In this document: in pieces, positions 37,945 through 49,438 of the stretch | Position numbering within the stretch: the stretch's first letter is position 1 | Layout: each line of letters opens with the position of its first letter | Assembly: GCA_002269645.1 (NCBI GenBank) | Contig: NIVC01003436.1 | Span: 33,826 to 97,825 of the forward strand | Direction of reading: 5' to 3' | DNA: 64,000 nucleotides | DNA from: Macrostomum lignano | Lineage: Eukaryota | The notes under the pieces: model-generated | What the model saw: only the letters and a program-made list of their open reading frames with translations | Databases searched by the model: none | What the model was told of the DNA's origin: nothing | Program-made: the position numbers and the translations under genes

Positions 37945-38845
37945 AGTGACTCTGATTGGTCAGGAGGAGCAATTAGGACTGTGCTACCCTCTGATTGGTC
38001 AGGAGGAGCAATATGGTCTGTGCTACCCTCTGATTGGTTAGGAGGAGCAATAAGGTCTGTGCTACTCTCTGATTGGTCAGGAGGAGCAATAAGGACTGTG
38101 CTACTCTCTGATTGGTCAGAAGGAGCAATAATGACTGTGCTACTCTCTGATTGGTCAGGAGGAGCAATAAGGACTGTGCTACTCTCTGATTGGTCAGGAG
38201 GAGCAATAGGGTCTGTGCTACTCTCTGATTGGTCAGGAGGAGCAATAAGGACTGTGCTACTCTCTGATTGGTCAGAAGGAGCAATAATGACTGTGCTACT
38301 CTCTGATTGGTCAGAAGGAGCAATAAGGACTGTGCTACTCTCTGATTGGTCAGGAGGAGCAATAATGACTGTGCTACTCTCTGATTGGTCAGGAGGAGCA
38401 ATAATGACTGTGCTACTCTCTGATTGGTCAGGAGGAGCAATAGGGTCTGTGCTACCCTATGATTGGTCAGGAGGAGCAATAAGGACTGTGCTACTCTCTG
38501 ATTGGTCAGGAGGAGCAATAAGGACTGTGCTACTCTCTGATTGGTCAGAAGGAGCAATAATGACTGTGCTACTCTCTGATTGGTCAGGAGGAGCAATAAG
38601 GACTGTGCTACTCTCTGATTGGTCAGGAGGAGCAATAGGGTCTGTGCTACTCTCTGATTGGTCAGGAGGAGCAATAAGGACTGTGCTACTCTCTGATTGG
38701 TCAGAAGGAGCAATAATGACTGTGCTACTCTCTGATTGGTCAGGAGGAGCAATAATGACTGTGCTACTCTCTGATTGGTCAGAAGGAGCAATAATGACTG
38801 TGCTACTCTCTGATTGGTCAGAAGGAGCAATAATGACTGTGCTGT
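37945..38845. repeat. 39-bp minisatellite (CTCTGATTGGTCAGGAGGAGCAATAAGGACTGTGCTACT)
   Basis: About 23 copies, starting about 65 bp after the Pcl stop. Confidence 0.97.
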
Positions 38846-39679
38846 GTCTAATTGGCTAGGAGTCTAACAGGTCAGATTAGCATCCGGGCATGCACGTTCT
38901 TGTTTTATAAGTGCCTTGTACTTGATGATACACTTTTGCGGCACGTTAGTTTGGTGAAATAATCATATTTAACTTATATATTTTATAGAGCTAAGAGAAT
39001 TCTAGCCATGCTAAACATTAAGCTTGTTTGCCTTTCGATTCCGATACTCCTAAACCCTTCAATCCGCCTATTACGAGCGCTGTGACTTGGAAAATTCATT
39101 CAGCCCCAGTCTGTCACTGTCCCGTCTGTCTTTTTAATAATACTCGTAGTACAACTGATGACTGCCTGTGCCACACGAATAACATTCTGCAGCAGATAGG
39201 CCTGCTGCTAGTGTACAATGAACTGCATCTTGTGCTTAGCCATTCAATGAACTTTTCTCTTCAATCTAAATGCACTGTAAGCCTTACTTGCATTTTTTGG
39301 TTTTGTGTCCTTTAGTAAAGTTTTCTGATCAGCTCTCGATGCTCTAATAAATTAAATCGTGTTTATGCGGACTGCTTTTGCCCTTGATTTGATTATACGT
39401 TATCCCTGATAACGACTGGCTGCCCCCACACAGTTGACTCTTCAGCCTTCTATTTCCTAGCTGATTTTTACAGCAAGCAATTGTCCTTTGTCTTCTGTTG
39501 CCAAGGAGAATTGCGTTTTCTGAAGTTTTCACTGCGTGCTTTGTGCGCTTCACTGTATACTACTGGTCTGTAGAGTTCATCTGAGTAGTCAGTGCTGCTT
39601 TTGTTATTGCGGTGCCGGGCCCTGCTTTACATTCGGTGATAGCAATACGCGGCACTCTTAACCCGTTTTGAAATAGTCT

Positions 39680-40015
39680 TTAGCGATGGAATGTACATTA
39701 TGCAGCCAATCAAGTAGACTGATTAGCGATGGAATGTACATTGTGCAGCCAATCAAGTAGACTGATTAGCGATGGAATGTACATTGTGCAGCCAATCAAA
39801 TAGACTGATTGGCGATGGAATGTACATTGTGCAGCCAATCAAGTAGACTGACTAGCGATGGAATGTACATTGTGCAGCCAATCAAGTAGACGGATTATAT
39901 AGTGATTGAATGTACATTGTGCAGCCAATCAGGTAGACTGATTAGCAATTGAATGTACATTGTGCTGCCAATCAAATAGACGGACTGTATAGTGATTGAA
40001 TGTACATTGTGCGCT
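39680..40015. repeat. 43-bp minisatellite (TAGCGATGGAATGTACATTGTGCAGCCAATCAAGTAGACTGAT)
   Basis: About 7.5 copies. Confidence 0.95.
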
Positions 40016-40424
40016 GCTTGACAGCCTAGTTTATGATTTATCAAAAATTAGCTCTTGTAGTCTCTTTTTGTTAAAAGCCAAATACCTGTCCTGTCCCGGA
40101 GTTGGCTCCAGGCGCTCTCCTTTGTTATTGTCCGATGGGCCTCAGACTGCGTCTCACTTTAGCTGTATGCTCTGTGTACTGATCCTGGATGCTATTTGGA
40201 ATTGCACCTTTCCCATCATAGCCTGCTTATTCGAATGCACGCTTATCATTAAAGCTCTGCCATTTATTGTTACTGTTATATTTTCATAAGGTCTTCGGCC
40301 ATTTGTTAGCCCCGCTTCGGGCTAATTCTGAGAAAAGCCAAGAAACTCTAAAAAAATAGACTGAAGTTGAGTTCCAAATTCGAGTTTATTTTGCCGTGTC
40401 AGTATGGGAGGCTGTGAAGGATTT

Positions 40425-42245
40425 GGAGATGCAGAGTGATCTGGGGGGATGCTGAGGGATATGGGGGGATGCTGAGGGATATGGGGGGATGCTGAGGGAT
40501 ATGGTGGATCCTGAGGGATATGGGGGATGCTGAGGGATATGGGGGGATGCTGAGGGATATGGGGGATGCTGAGGGATCTGGGGGGATGCTGAGGGATATG
40601 GGGGGATGCTGAGGGATATTGGGGGATGCTGAGGGATATGGTGGATCCTGAGGGATATGGGGATGCTGAGGGATATGGGGGGATGCTGAGGGATATGGGG
40701 GGATGCTGAGGGATATGGGGGGATGCTGAGGGATCTGGGGGGATGCTGAGGGATATGGGGGATGCTGAGGGATATGGGGGGATGCTGAGGGATATGGTGG
40801 ATCCTGAGGGATATGGGGGATGCTGAGGGATATGGGGGGATGCTGAGGGATATGGGGGATGCTGAGGGATATGGGGGGATGCTGAGGGATCTGGGGGGAT
40901 GCTGAGGGATATGGGGGGATGCTGAGGGATATGGGGGGATGCTGAGGGATATGGTGGATCCTGAGGGATATGGGGGATGCTGAGGGATATGGGGGATGCT
41001 GAGGGATATGGGGGATGCTGAGGGATATGGGGGATGCTGAGGGATATGGTGGATCCTGAGGGATATGGGGGATGCTGAGGGATATGGGGGATGCTGAGGG
41101 ATATGGGGGATCCTGAGGGATATGGGGGATGCTGAGGGATATGGGGGATGCTGAGGGATATGGGGGATGCTGAGGGATATGGGGGATGCTGAGGGATATG
41201 GGGGATGCTAGGGATCTGGGGGATGCTGAGGGATCTGGGGGGAGGGGGATGCTGAGGGATATGGGGATACTGAGGGATATGGGGGATACTGAGGGATATG
41301 GGGGATGCTGAGGGATATGGGGGATGCTGAGGGATCTGGGGGATACTGAGGGATATGGGGGATGCAGAGGGATATGGTGGATCCTGAGGGATATGGGGGA
41401 TGCTGAGGGATATGGGGGATGCTGAGGGATATGGGGGATGCTGAGGGATATGGGGGATGCTAGGGATCTGGGGGATGCTGAGGGATCTGGGGGGAGGGGA
41501 TGCTGAGGGATATGGGGATACTGAGGGATATGGGGGATACTGAGGGATATGGGGGATGCTGAGGGATATGGGGGATGCTGAGGGATCTGGGGGATACTGA
41601 GGGATATGGGGGATGCAGAGTGATCTGGGGGTGTTGAGGGATCTGGGGGATGCTGAGGGATATGGGGGGGTGCTGAGGGATATGGGGGATCCTGAGGGAT
41701 ATGGGGGATGCTGAGGGATATGGGGGATCCTGAGGGATATGGGGGATGCTGAGGGATATGGGGGATGCTGAGGGATATGGGGGATGCTGAGGGATATGGG
41801 GGATGCTAGGGATCTGGGGGATGCTGAGGGATCTGGGGGGAGGGGGATGCTGAGGGATATGGGGGATACTGAGGGATATGGGGGATGCTGAGGGATATGG
41901 GGGATGCTGAGGGATATGGGGGATGCTGAGGGATATGGGGGATGCTAGGGATCTGGGGGATGCTGAGGGATCTGGGGGGGGGATGCTGAGGGATATGGGG
42001 GATACTGAGGGATATGGGGGATGCTGAGGGATATGGGGGATGCTGAGGGATATGGGGGATGCTGAGGGATATGGGGGATGCTGAGGGATATGGGGGATGC
42101 TGAGGGATATGGGGGATGCTGAGGGATCTGGGGGATACTGAGGGATATGGGGGATGCTGAGGGATCTGGGGGATGCTGAGGGATATGGGGGATGCTGAGG
42201 GATCTGGGGGATGCTATGGATTGGGGGGGGGGATGCTGAGTGTGA
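40425..42245. repeat. 18-19-bp G-rich minisatellite (GGGGGATGCTGAGGGATAT), about 1.8 kb
   Basis: Variable G-run length; strongly strand-asymmetric. Confidence 0.97.
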
Positions 42246-43554
42246 TGCCGAGCTCTAGGCACTGCAGAGACTAATTACAATATGCGTACCGTGACTAACC
42301 GATATTATGTACGTGTTACTGGATTTCCCGGGCATTCTGCAGGTCGGTCCGGGGCTGCCAAAGTGGCGGCACCTCTTCGAAGGCTGCATGCACCGAATGG
42401 TGTTCGTCTTCGAGCAGTTCCGCAACGGGCCAGGGCGAGTGGCCTGTGATAACTTCAATAACTGAGGCAGTAATGTTGGAGTGAGAAATTGCTCACTTGA
42501 GAGCTTGGCTGGCTATTTATTAGTTTGCAAAGTGATGGTGGGTGCAGAGCAGGCGCGCATAGCTTGAGGGTGAATACAAGTTTATTCAAGTCACTAAGCC
42601 AGTCGAAAAAATAGCGATCAGACGCGCCACTGGCTGGTCTAAAATTCAGTTCATGCAACCGGTTACAAAGTTCATCGTGGGACTAATTAACAACTCAGGA
42701 CGTTACACTCGCGAATAGTAGAAATTCTAGAAAAGGCCGACTGCTTTTACATGTAGCTGTTTGTATAATTTTAAAAATAATTACACTATAGCGCGAAAAA
42801 TTAATAACTGTTAAGTAGTCCTTGATCACTAAGTCACAGTGCGGCCTGCTCTGGATTCATTCACGCTCGGGACATGCCCCCCAAGCTGATGTACCGACCT
42901 TGTGCAATGCACTGTCGCCGTCAAGTTCGCCATATCTAGTCAGCCTGTCCCAGCCGAACACTGCTACTCCTATCCAGCGCGTACATAGGACTAGGCCCCT
43001 TTGTTGCCAGCACAGCGACTCCTTCCGCTACCCCGTACCCCGACCACCCGGCCCGCCGCGGGGCCCATCTCTGTTGCTGGACACCCTCCGGCCTCGTGGC
43101 TCCGCGTCCGCTTGGCCTGAAACTGCAAAGCCTGTATCCGCAAAGGCCTCTTCCTCGGCTGGCCTTCGCTTTCGTAATGGAGCTGTAAACAAATTTACTG
43201 AGCTTCTCCGCCTGTAACAACATAATGACGTGGCGGCTATCCATGAAACAAAGCTTCAGCCTCATGACCTGCTTCTCAACTCTCCTGGCTATATTGCAGG
43301 TTCGCGCTGATCGCCGGCCAGACACCCTGGGGAGCGGTCTCCTCTTCCTGGTTCCTCTTCCTCACGCAAATTAAGGTGACTTAGACGGCACACGCACGCA
43401 TATGATAATTGATCTTACTGTAGAACGTATTGGCACAGTAAAAATCAATGGATTGTAAAATTGATTGAAAGAATACCGGCAGCGTCGAAAGTATAAATGC
43501 TGTGGCTCATGAGGTGTTGCTGAGATGCCAATGCGCGGTCAATTTAAATGGATC

Positions 43555-44196
43555 TATGAGAATTTCCCGCAGGAATTTTTCCCGCCGAGCTTTTCCCGCA
43601 CGAGATTTTCCCACAGCGAGTTTTTACCGCAGCGAGAGTTTCCCGCAGGAAATTTCCCCGTCGAGATTTTCCTGCCGAGCTTTTACCGCCGAGATTTTCC
43701 CGCACGAATTTTCCCCGCACAGACTTTTTCCAGCAGAAAGATTTTCCCGCAAGAAATTTCTCGTGATTGCCTGTTTACCTTCCTACCTTCCTACCTGTCT
43801 GTCTGTCTGCCTGCCTGCAAAATAATCAAGCTTGCTGATTCGATTAATTGCCAAAATGGTGACGCAAAAAGTACAAAAGGTCTTGACTGGGTAGTTTTGG
43901 TTAATACAGAGGCTTCGAATTAAGAAAGAAATTATAAAAAGGAAAGCTATTTAGCAGAGACGCGATTTTCTTTGATAAATTCGACACAGGCAGCCAGCCA
44001 GGCAGGCAGGCAGACAGACAGACAGGTAGGAAGGTAGGAAGGTAAACAGGCGCAATCACGAGAAATTTCTTGCGGGAAAATCTTTCTGCTGGAAAAAGTC
44101 TGTGCGGTGAAAATTCGTGCGGGAAAATCTCGACGGTAAAAGCTCGGCAGGAAAATCTCGACGGGGAAATTTCCTGCGGGAAACTCTCGCTGCGGT
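43555..44196. mobile_element. Foldback/MITE-like element with TTTTCCCGC subrepeats; right arm truncated
   Basis: About 43630-43820 is the reverse complement of about 43990-44196. The left arm has extra subrepeats with no partner on the right. Confidence 0.75.
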
Positions 44197-46805
44197 TTCG
44201 GCCTCATCAACAAGCCTCCGCCTGCCTTCACGCATTCTTCCAACTACCGTTCTGCTACTGACCATGCCGAACAGGTTGACAAGAAACTCTCCGAAGAGCT
44301 CCGCCTTGGCCGCTTAAAACCCGCTAGCGGACGCGTCATGGTGAATGCTATCGGCGCGATCCCTAAGTCTGACGGCAGCGTTCGGATAATTCACGATCTG
44401 TCCAGTCCTTCCGGCTCTTCGGTCAACGACAGCTATCAGCAGGAGCGGAGTCTGAGGTTCTCCTCCGTGCAGGATCTGCTGCGTCACATCCGGCCCGGCT
44501 CGTTTATCGGCAAGGTCGATCTGAAGCAGGCCTACCGCTCTGTCGGCATCCACCCGGACGATCAGGCGTTGACGGGCCTCAGCTGGCATTTCGCAGCTGA
44601 CACCGAATCCTCGGTGTCCATCGACACCCGGCTGCCATTCGGTGCCCGGGCCTCTTGCGAGATCTTTCAGTGTCTCTCAGCCGCCATTCATCGCCACATG
44701 CTTAGGCAAGGCTTCCAAGCTACGGTCAACTACCTGGACGACTGGGCGGTTGCCGGCGACTCACAGGAAGCCGCTGAATGCGCTTACGCCTACCTGGTGC
44801 ACCTCCTGCAAGACCTGGGCTTCACCATCAACTAAAGCAAGTCCACGGCCCCAACGCAGCGGATGGTCTTCCTCGGCGTTCAAATCGACACAAATGACGG
44901 AACACTGTCGCTGCCCATGGACAAGGCCGCCAGCACCAGGGATTTGCTGAAGGACTGCCTCTCCCGTGAGATCGTCAAGCTCAAGCAGCTGGAGAGGCTG
45001 GCCGGGAAGCTGTGCTGGTTGGGCCAGATCAACAAACTGCTGCGTCCATTTCTTCGCCCGCTTTTTGACCTCATCAGCGACGGTCGAGATCTTCGGCTGC
45101 CTCAAGAAGCTCGCGATCTGCTGCAATGGTGGCTGCAGGCAGTGGATTCGCTGCCACCTACGCCGCTGCATCCGCGCTTTCATCAGTTGGTAGCCATCGA
45201 GTCCGACAGCAGCTCCGAGGGCGCCGCTGGCATCGTAAGCGGCACCCGCTTCAACGACTGGGTGTACTTCAGCTGGGAGCACGACTTTGAGTCAGAGTTC
45301 AAAGACCTCCACATCAACTACAAGGAGGCCCTGGCTCCGATCGTCACCATCCTGCGCTTCCACGAGCAGCTCAGCAACAGCCGGGTGGTGGTCTACTCCG
45401 ACAGCACGGCTGCAGTCGGCATGATCAACAAGCTGTCCTGCAGGCATCCATCGCTTATTCGAATCTACCAGACGGTGGCCCTCCTTTGCCTCGAGTCTGG
45501 GATCCAGCTGCAGGCGTTTCACCTTCCCGGTCACATGCAGCTCACTAGCGACTCGGCGTCTCGGATGCTGAGCTCAAAGCATGAGCTCGTGAACTTTTGC
45601 TGTCGCCACTATGGCTCTCTTTGTGTCTGTCCTACTGAATTTGTCTCGCACACCATCTCTGCCGCGTCCTGCACCACTCTTCTTTCACAGGTCGCAGCCG
45701 CGCTCCCCACCGCCACACCGTGTCCGTGCCCATCCTGTGCCGCCTGTCGCTCGCACCCAGCACCCGGAAGTCGTATGCCAGCCACCTGCGGCTCTGGAGG
45801 GAGTTTTGTCGACAGCAGCGGGTCTTCCCCACGGCCGCATCGAAGTCAGACGTCTGCAACTTCACCGCCTTCCTATTGGAGCGAGGCTGCGCCTCCTACT
45901 CAAGCGTGCAAACCAAGCCTCAGCGCAGTGTCCTTCATCCACAGGGCGACGGCAGCACCGGACCCCACCAAGGACAACGCCCGACTGGCTCTCGTCTGCC
46001 GCGGAGCCCGACGCCTACTAAGCAGGCTGCCACGCAGGGCAGAGCCACTGCAGCCGCATCATCTCCGCCTGCTCTGAAACAGCCCTCTGCTTCAGCAATT
46101 GCTGCCCCGGCGCCTCTTCGTGGCCTTCAAGGCTGCGCTGCTGGTTGCCTGGTGGGGCGTCCTTCGTCTGGGCGAGCTTCTTCCGTCTACCGCTGGCGCT
46201 GCTTTGCGCCGCGGCGCGCTGTCGACCTGCCCCGGCGGCCTCCGCCTGACCATCGGCAAGTCCAAGACAAACCAGTTCAAGGAGCGTCAGCTGCTGGTGT
46301 TCCTTCCGCAATGCACCGACTGCCCACCGATCTGCCCGGTCTCTGCCCTCGCCACTCATCTGCATGAGAACCAAGTTGTCGAGCCGCACCAGCCTCTCTT
46401 CGCTGTCCTGGACGCCCGCAGAGTCCCGTTGGCTGCCTCGACCTTCATCCGCCTGCTCAAGCGGGGCCTGTCGATCTGCGGCATCCCTGAGGAAAACTTC
46501 TCTGGCCACAGTCTGCGCAGGGGCGGAGCCAGCGCCGCCTTACAGGGTGGCCTCTCCGTGGCCGACATCTGCTGCTTTGGTGACTGGCGCTCCGACTCCG
46601 TCTTCCGCTATTTCTCGGACGATGCAGCTTTTGCCTACAGGCGCTCCGCCGTCCAGCAGATTGCTGCTTCTATTAATTATCACTAACTTCCCCCGCTTCT
46701 TTTTTTTCGGGGTTGGGGTCGCCTTCCCCACCTCGTCGCTGCTTTGTGCTCGCTGCCAACCCGCCGCCTTTGCCTTCCTTTTGCTGCTTGTGGGGTTGCG
46801 GGTTA
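44194..46805 (+). mobile_element. 5'-truncated Ngaro/DIRS-type tyrosine-recombinase retrotransposon (RT, RNase H, YR), recently inactivated
   Basis: RT: GF...IGAIPKSDGSVRIIHDLS...KVDLKQAYR...RLPFG...NYLDD (YLDD at 44731). RNase H: ESDSS...HINYKEALA...YSDS...SDSASR. YR: LAPSTRKSY...LRLGELL...KSKTNQ...CPV...FSGHSLRRGGA...GDWRSDSVFRY. Lesions: TAA at 44833-44835, +1 shift near 45916, TGA at 46075-46077. No methyltransferase ORF between RH and YR, which favours Ngaro-type. Confidence 0.9.
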
Positions 46806-47672
46806 ATGCCATTTACCACTCTAGCGAGGCACTCTAGTGACCAGGAGTATTTGAGCAGGCCTGATGCCATTTGTCACTCTAGTGAGGCACTCTAGTGACC
46901 AGGAGTATTTGAGCAGGAATGATGCCATTTGCCACTCTAGTGAGGCACTCTAGTGACCAGGAGTATTTGAGCAGGCCTGATGCCATTTGCCACTCTAGTG
47001 AGGCACTCTAGTGACCAGGAGTATTTGAGCAGGCCTGATGCCATTTACCACTCTAGCGAGGCACTCTAGTGACCAGGAGTATTTGAGCAGGCCTGATGCC
47101 ATTTACCACTCTAGCGAGGCACTCTAGTGACCAGGAGTATTTGAGCAGGCCTGATGCCATTTGCCACTCTAGTGAGGCACTCTAGTGACCAGGAGTATTT
47201 GAGCAGGAATGATGCCATTTGCCACTCTAGTGAGGCACTCTAGTGACCAGGAGTATTTGAGCAGGCCTGATGCCATTTGTCACTCTAGTGAGGCACTCTA
47301 GTGACCAGGAGTTTTTGAGCAGGAATGATGCCATTTACCACTCTAGCGAGGCACTCTAGTGACCAGGAGTTTTTGAGCAGGAATGATGCCATTTACCACT
47401 CTAGCGAGGCACTCTAGTGACCAGGAGTATTTGAGCAGGCCTGATGCCATTTGCCACTCTAGTGAGGCACTCTAGTGACCAGGAGTATTTGAGCAGGAAT
47501 GATGCCATTTGCCACTCTAGTGAGGCACTCTAGTGACCAGGAGTATTTGAGCAGGCCTGATGCCATTTGCCACTCTAGTGAGGCACTCTAGTGACCAGGA
47601 GTATTTGAGCAGGAATGATGCCATTTGCCACTGTAGTGAGGCACTCTAGTGACCAGGAGTATTTGAGCAGGC
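46805..47672. repeat. 58-bp minisatellite (TGATGCCATTTGCCACTCTAGTGAGGCACTCTAGTGACCAGGAGTATTTGAGCAGGCC)
   Basis: About 15 copies; abuts the 3' end of the YR element. Confidence 0.96.
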
Positions 47673-47993
47673 AGTCAAATAGGCCATAGCCAACGGTTGA
47701 GCCACTGCTTAGGACTTCAATCGGGAGTCCGCGGCAACAACCAGTAAGAGGGCCTTTTGTACCTGTGATTAGCGACGGTATCGGTCTACTAAACTACTGA
47801 GGGTAATATGGGGGAACATTGTTGTTAGGAAAGTCTTATTGAGTATTAATAAGTCGGCGTTTATTGAGAGTCTTGAGAAAGATCGCAAGAGAAGGTTAAC
47901 ACTGAATTTAGCTCTGGCGCAGCTCAAACAAAACTTATATGTACAGGTTAGGAGTCGGAGACCATTAGACATATAATTACGAAGTTTTAGATC

Positions 47994-48578
47994 TGGTGCC
48001 AGTGGGCGAGGCAGTGGCGGCGGACGGCAGCCTGCGCGGCAGCCAACGGCACGGGCGCGGTGCCTTGCGCCAGCGTGGAGCCTCGCTTGGCGATCTCGTC
48101 CACGGCCTCGTTGCCGGGGATTCTCGCGTGGCCAGGCACCCAGCTGGCCTCCCCGACCTCGCGGGGGGACCTGCCGGAGGCCCGGAGAGCCGCGGCGGAG
48201 CAGACGCTTGCCGCCCTGCCGCCCGCCGGCACCGTGGTCTGGACCGACGGAGTGGTCTGGACCGACGGAGCGGTGAAGGACGGCATCCTGGACGGCGGCA
48301 GCGGCATCCTGGTCGAGCCCAACACCACGCTGTGCGTCGCTGCTGGCCACGTGACGTCCAGCTTCCACGCCGAGTTAGTGGCCATCGCTGAGGCCCTTCG
48401 GTGGGTGCTCGCGGCCCCGGACCCGGCAGAGCTGTCGGTCCGCATCTGCTCTGACTCCCTGAGCGCGCTTAGCGCGCTCGCGTCCGGCCCCAGGTCGACG
48501 GGCGCCACGATGATCGACGCCGTCTGGGCCAGCCTCGCCGACCTCGTCGCGGCCCGGGGAACCTCGGTCCACCTGCAG
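47994..48578. mobile_element. Rearranged RNase H fragment of an RH-bearing non-LTR retrotransposon, with internal inversion
   Basis: Plus strand 48141-48578 reads TVVWTDG...SSFHAELVAIAEAL...ICSDSLSAL...SVHLQ. Minus strand 48142-47994 reads WVPGHARIPGNEAVDEIAK, the natural continuation of HLQ. Confidence 0.85.
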
Positions 48579-48702
48579 GTGTCCCGAGCTCGCGCCAGGC
48601 GGCGCTGGCCGGCAGCACCGTGCCGGTGTGGCTGCACCAGAAGCAGAGCTGGAGGCCGCCTGCCTCGCCGCTGGAGTTCATGCTGGTATTTGACGGGAGC
48701 TG

Positions 48703-48751
<49 letters not shown>

Positions 48752-48756
48752 TAGTT

Positions 48757-48803
<47 letters not shown>

Positions 48804-48808
48804 TAGTT

Positions 48809-48863
<55 letters not shown>

Positions 48864-48905
48864 GCCTGTCTGTCTGTCTGTCTGTCTTTCTGTCTTTGTG
48901 TCTGT
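48576..48905 (-). pseudogene. Inverted, internally deleted partial copy of the Pcl 5' region with its upstream (CAGA)n tract
   Basis: Minus strand reads CAGCTCCCGTCAAATACC|AGCATGAACTCCAGCGGCGAGGC...GTGCTGCCGGCC|AGCGCCGCCTGGCGCGAGCTCGGGACACCTG, matching 33017-33280 with deletions. The (CTGT)n tract carries TTAGT interruptions like the reverse complement of the 32340-32960 tract. Confidence 0.88.
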
Positions 48906-48907
48906 GT

Positions 48908-49000
48908 ATCAGGGATGCAGCCATTCAGTGAAACTGAAGGATCAGGGATGCAGCCATTCAGTGCAACTGAAGGATCAGGGATGCAGCCATTCAGTGCAAA
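48908..49000. repeat. 33-bp tandem repeat, about 2.7 copies
   Basis: ATCAGGGATGCAGCCATTCAGTGMAACTGAAGG. Confidence 0.85.
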
Positions 49001-49438
49001 TATCAGAGGCACCGTTATGAAAAGTCTTGCATGAAGTTTGTCTCAAAATCGCATAAGAAAATGTTAACAAGAAAATCTTCAGATGAAAAGAAATTGTTGA
49101 TCTATTAAAATGCAGGCATTTTTCGCTTTCTTTCAATAATAAAGTTTCATAGGCCCCAGGATGCCTTGACAGATCCGTAGGTCAAATAAAAGTACACACT
49201 CAACTCCACTTGCTCCTTGCTAGGAGGGGTTTAGCCATAGACTATGCGCCAGACAGACAGTCCTCGAGGTCGATCTGAAGCTAAAAGTCCCAGCCCTGTC
49301 CGTTCTCGGACTTTCAGCCACAGAGAGCCACTGCGTTTCCCTGCACTACATAAGCGAGCGCCCTGAGCCAAGTGGGGCGGCATCTTCACAACTTACCTAA
49401 AACCAAACCCGATTTCAGCAAAATTACTTCAAGCTAGC

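Noticed and set aside
37936-38859. 307-aa and 285-aa repetitive ORFs
   Set aside because: The 39-bp unit is a multiple of 3 and open on both strands by chance; no unique N-terminus, signal peptide or splice support.
39148-39190. CTGATGA...GAA hammerhead-like core
   Set aside because: Stem II cannot pair and the GAAA and cleavage triplet are missing.
42260-43330. GC-rich protein-like fragments (LDFPGILQVG..., EKLSKFVYSSITK...)
   Set aside because: Short, interrupted, and no recognisable domain; probably decayed transposon sequence but not assignable.
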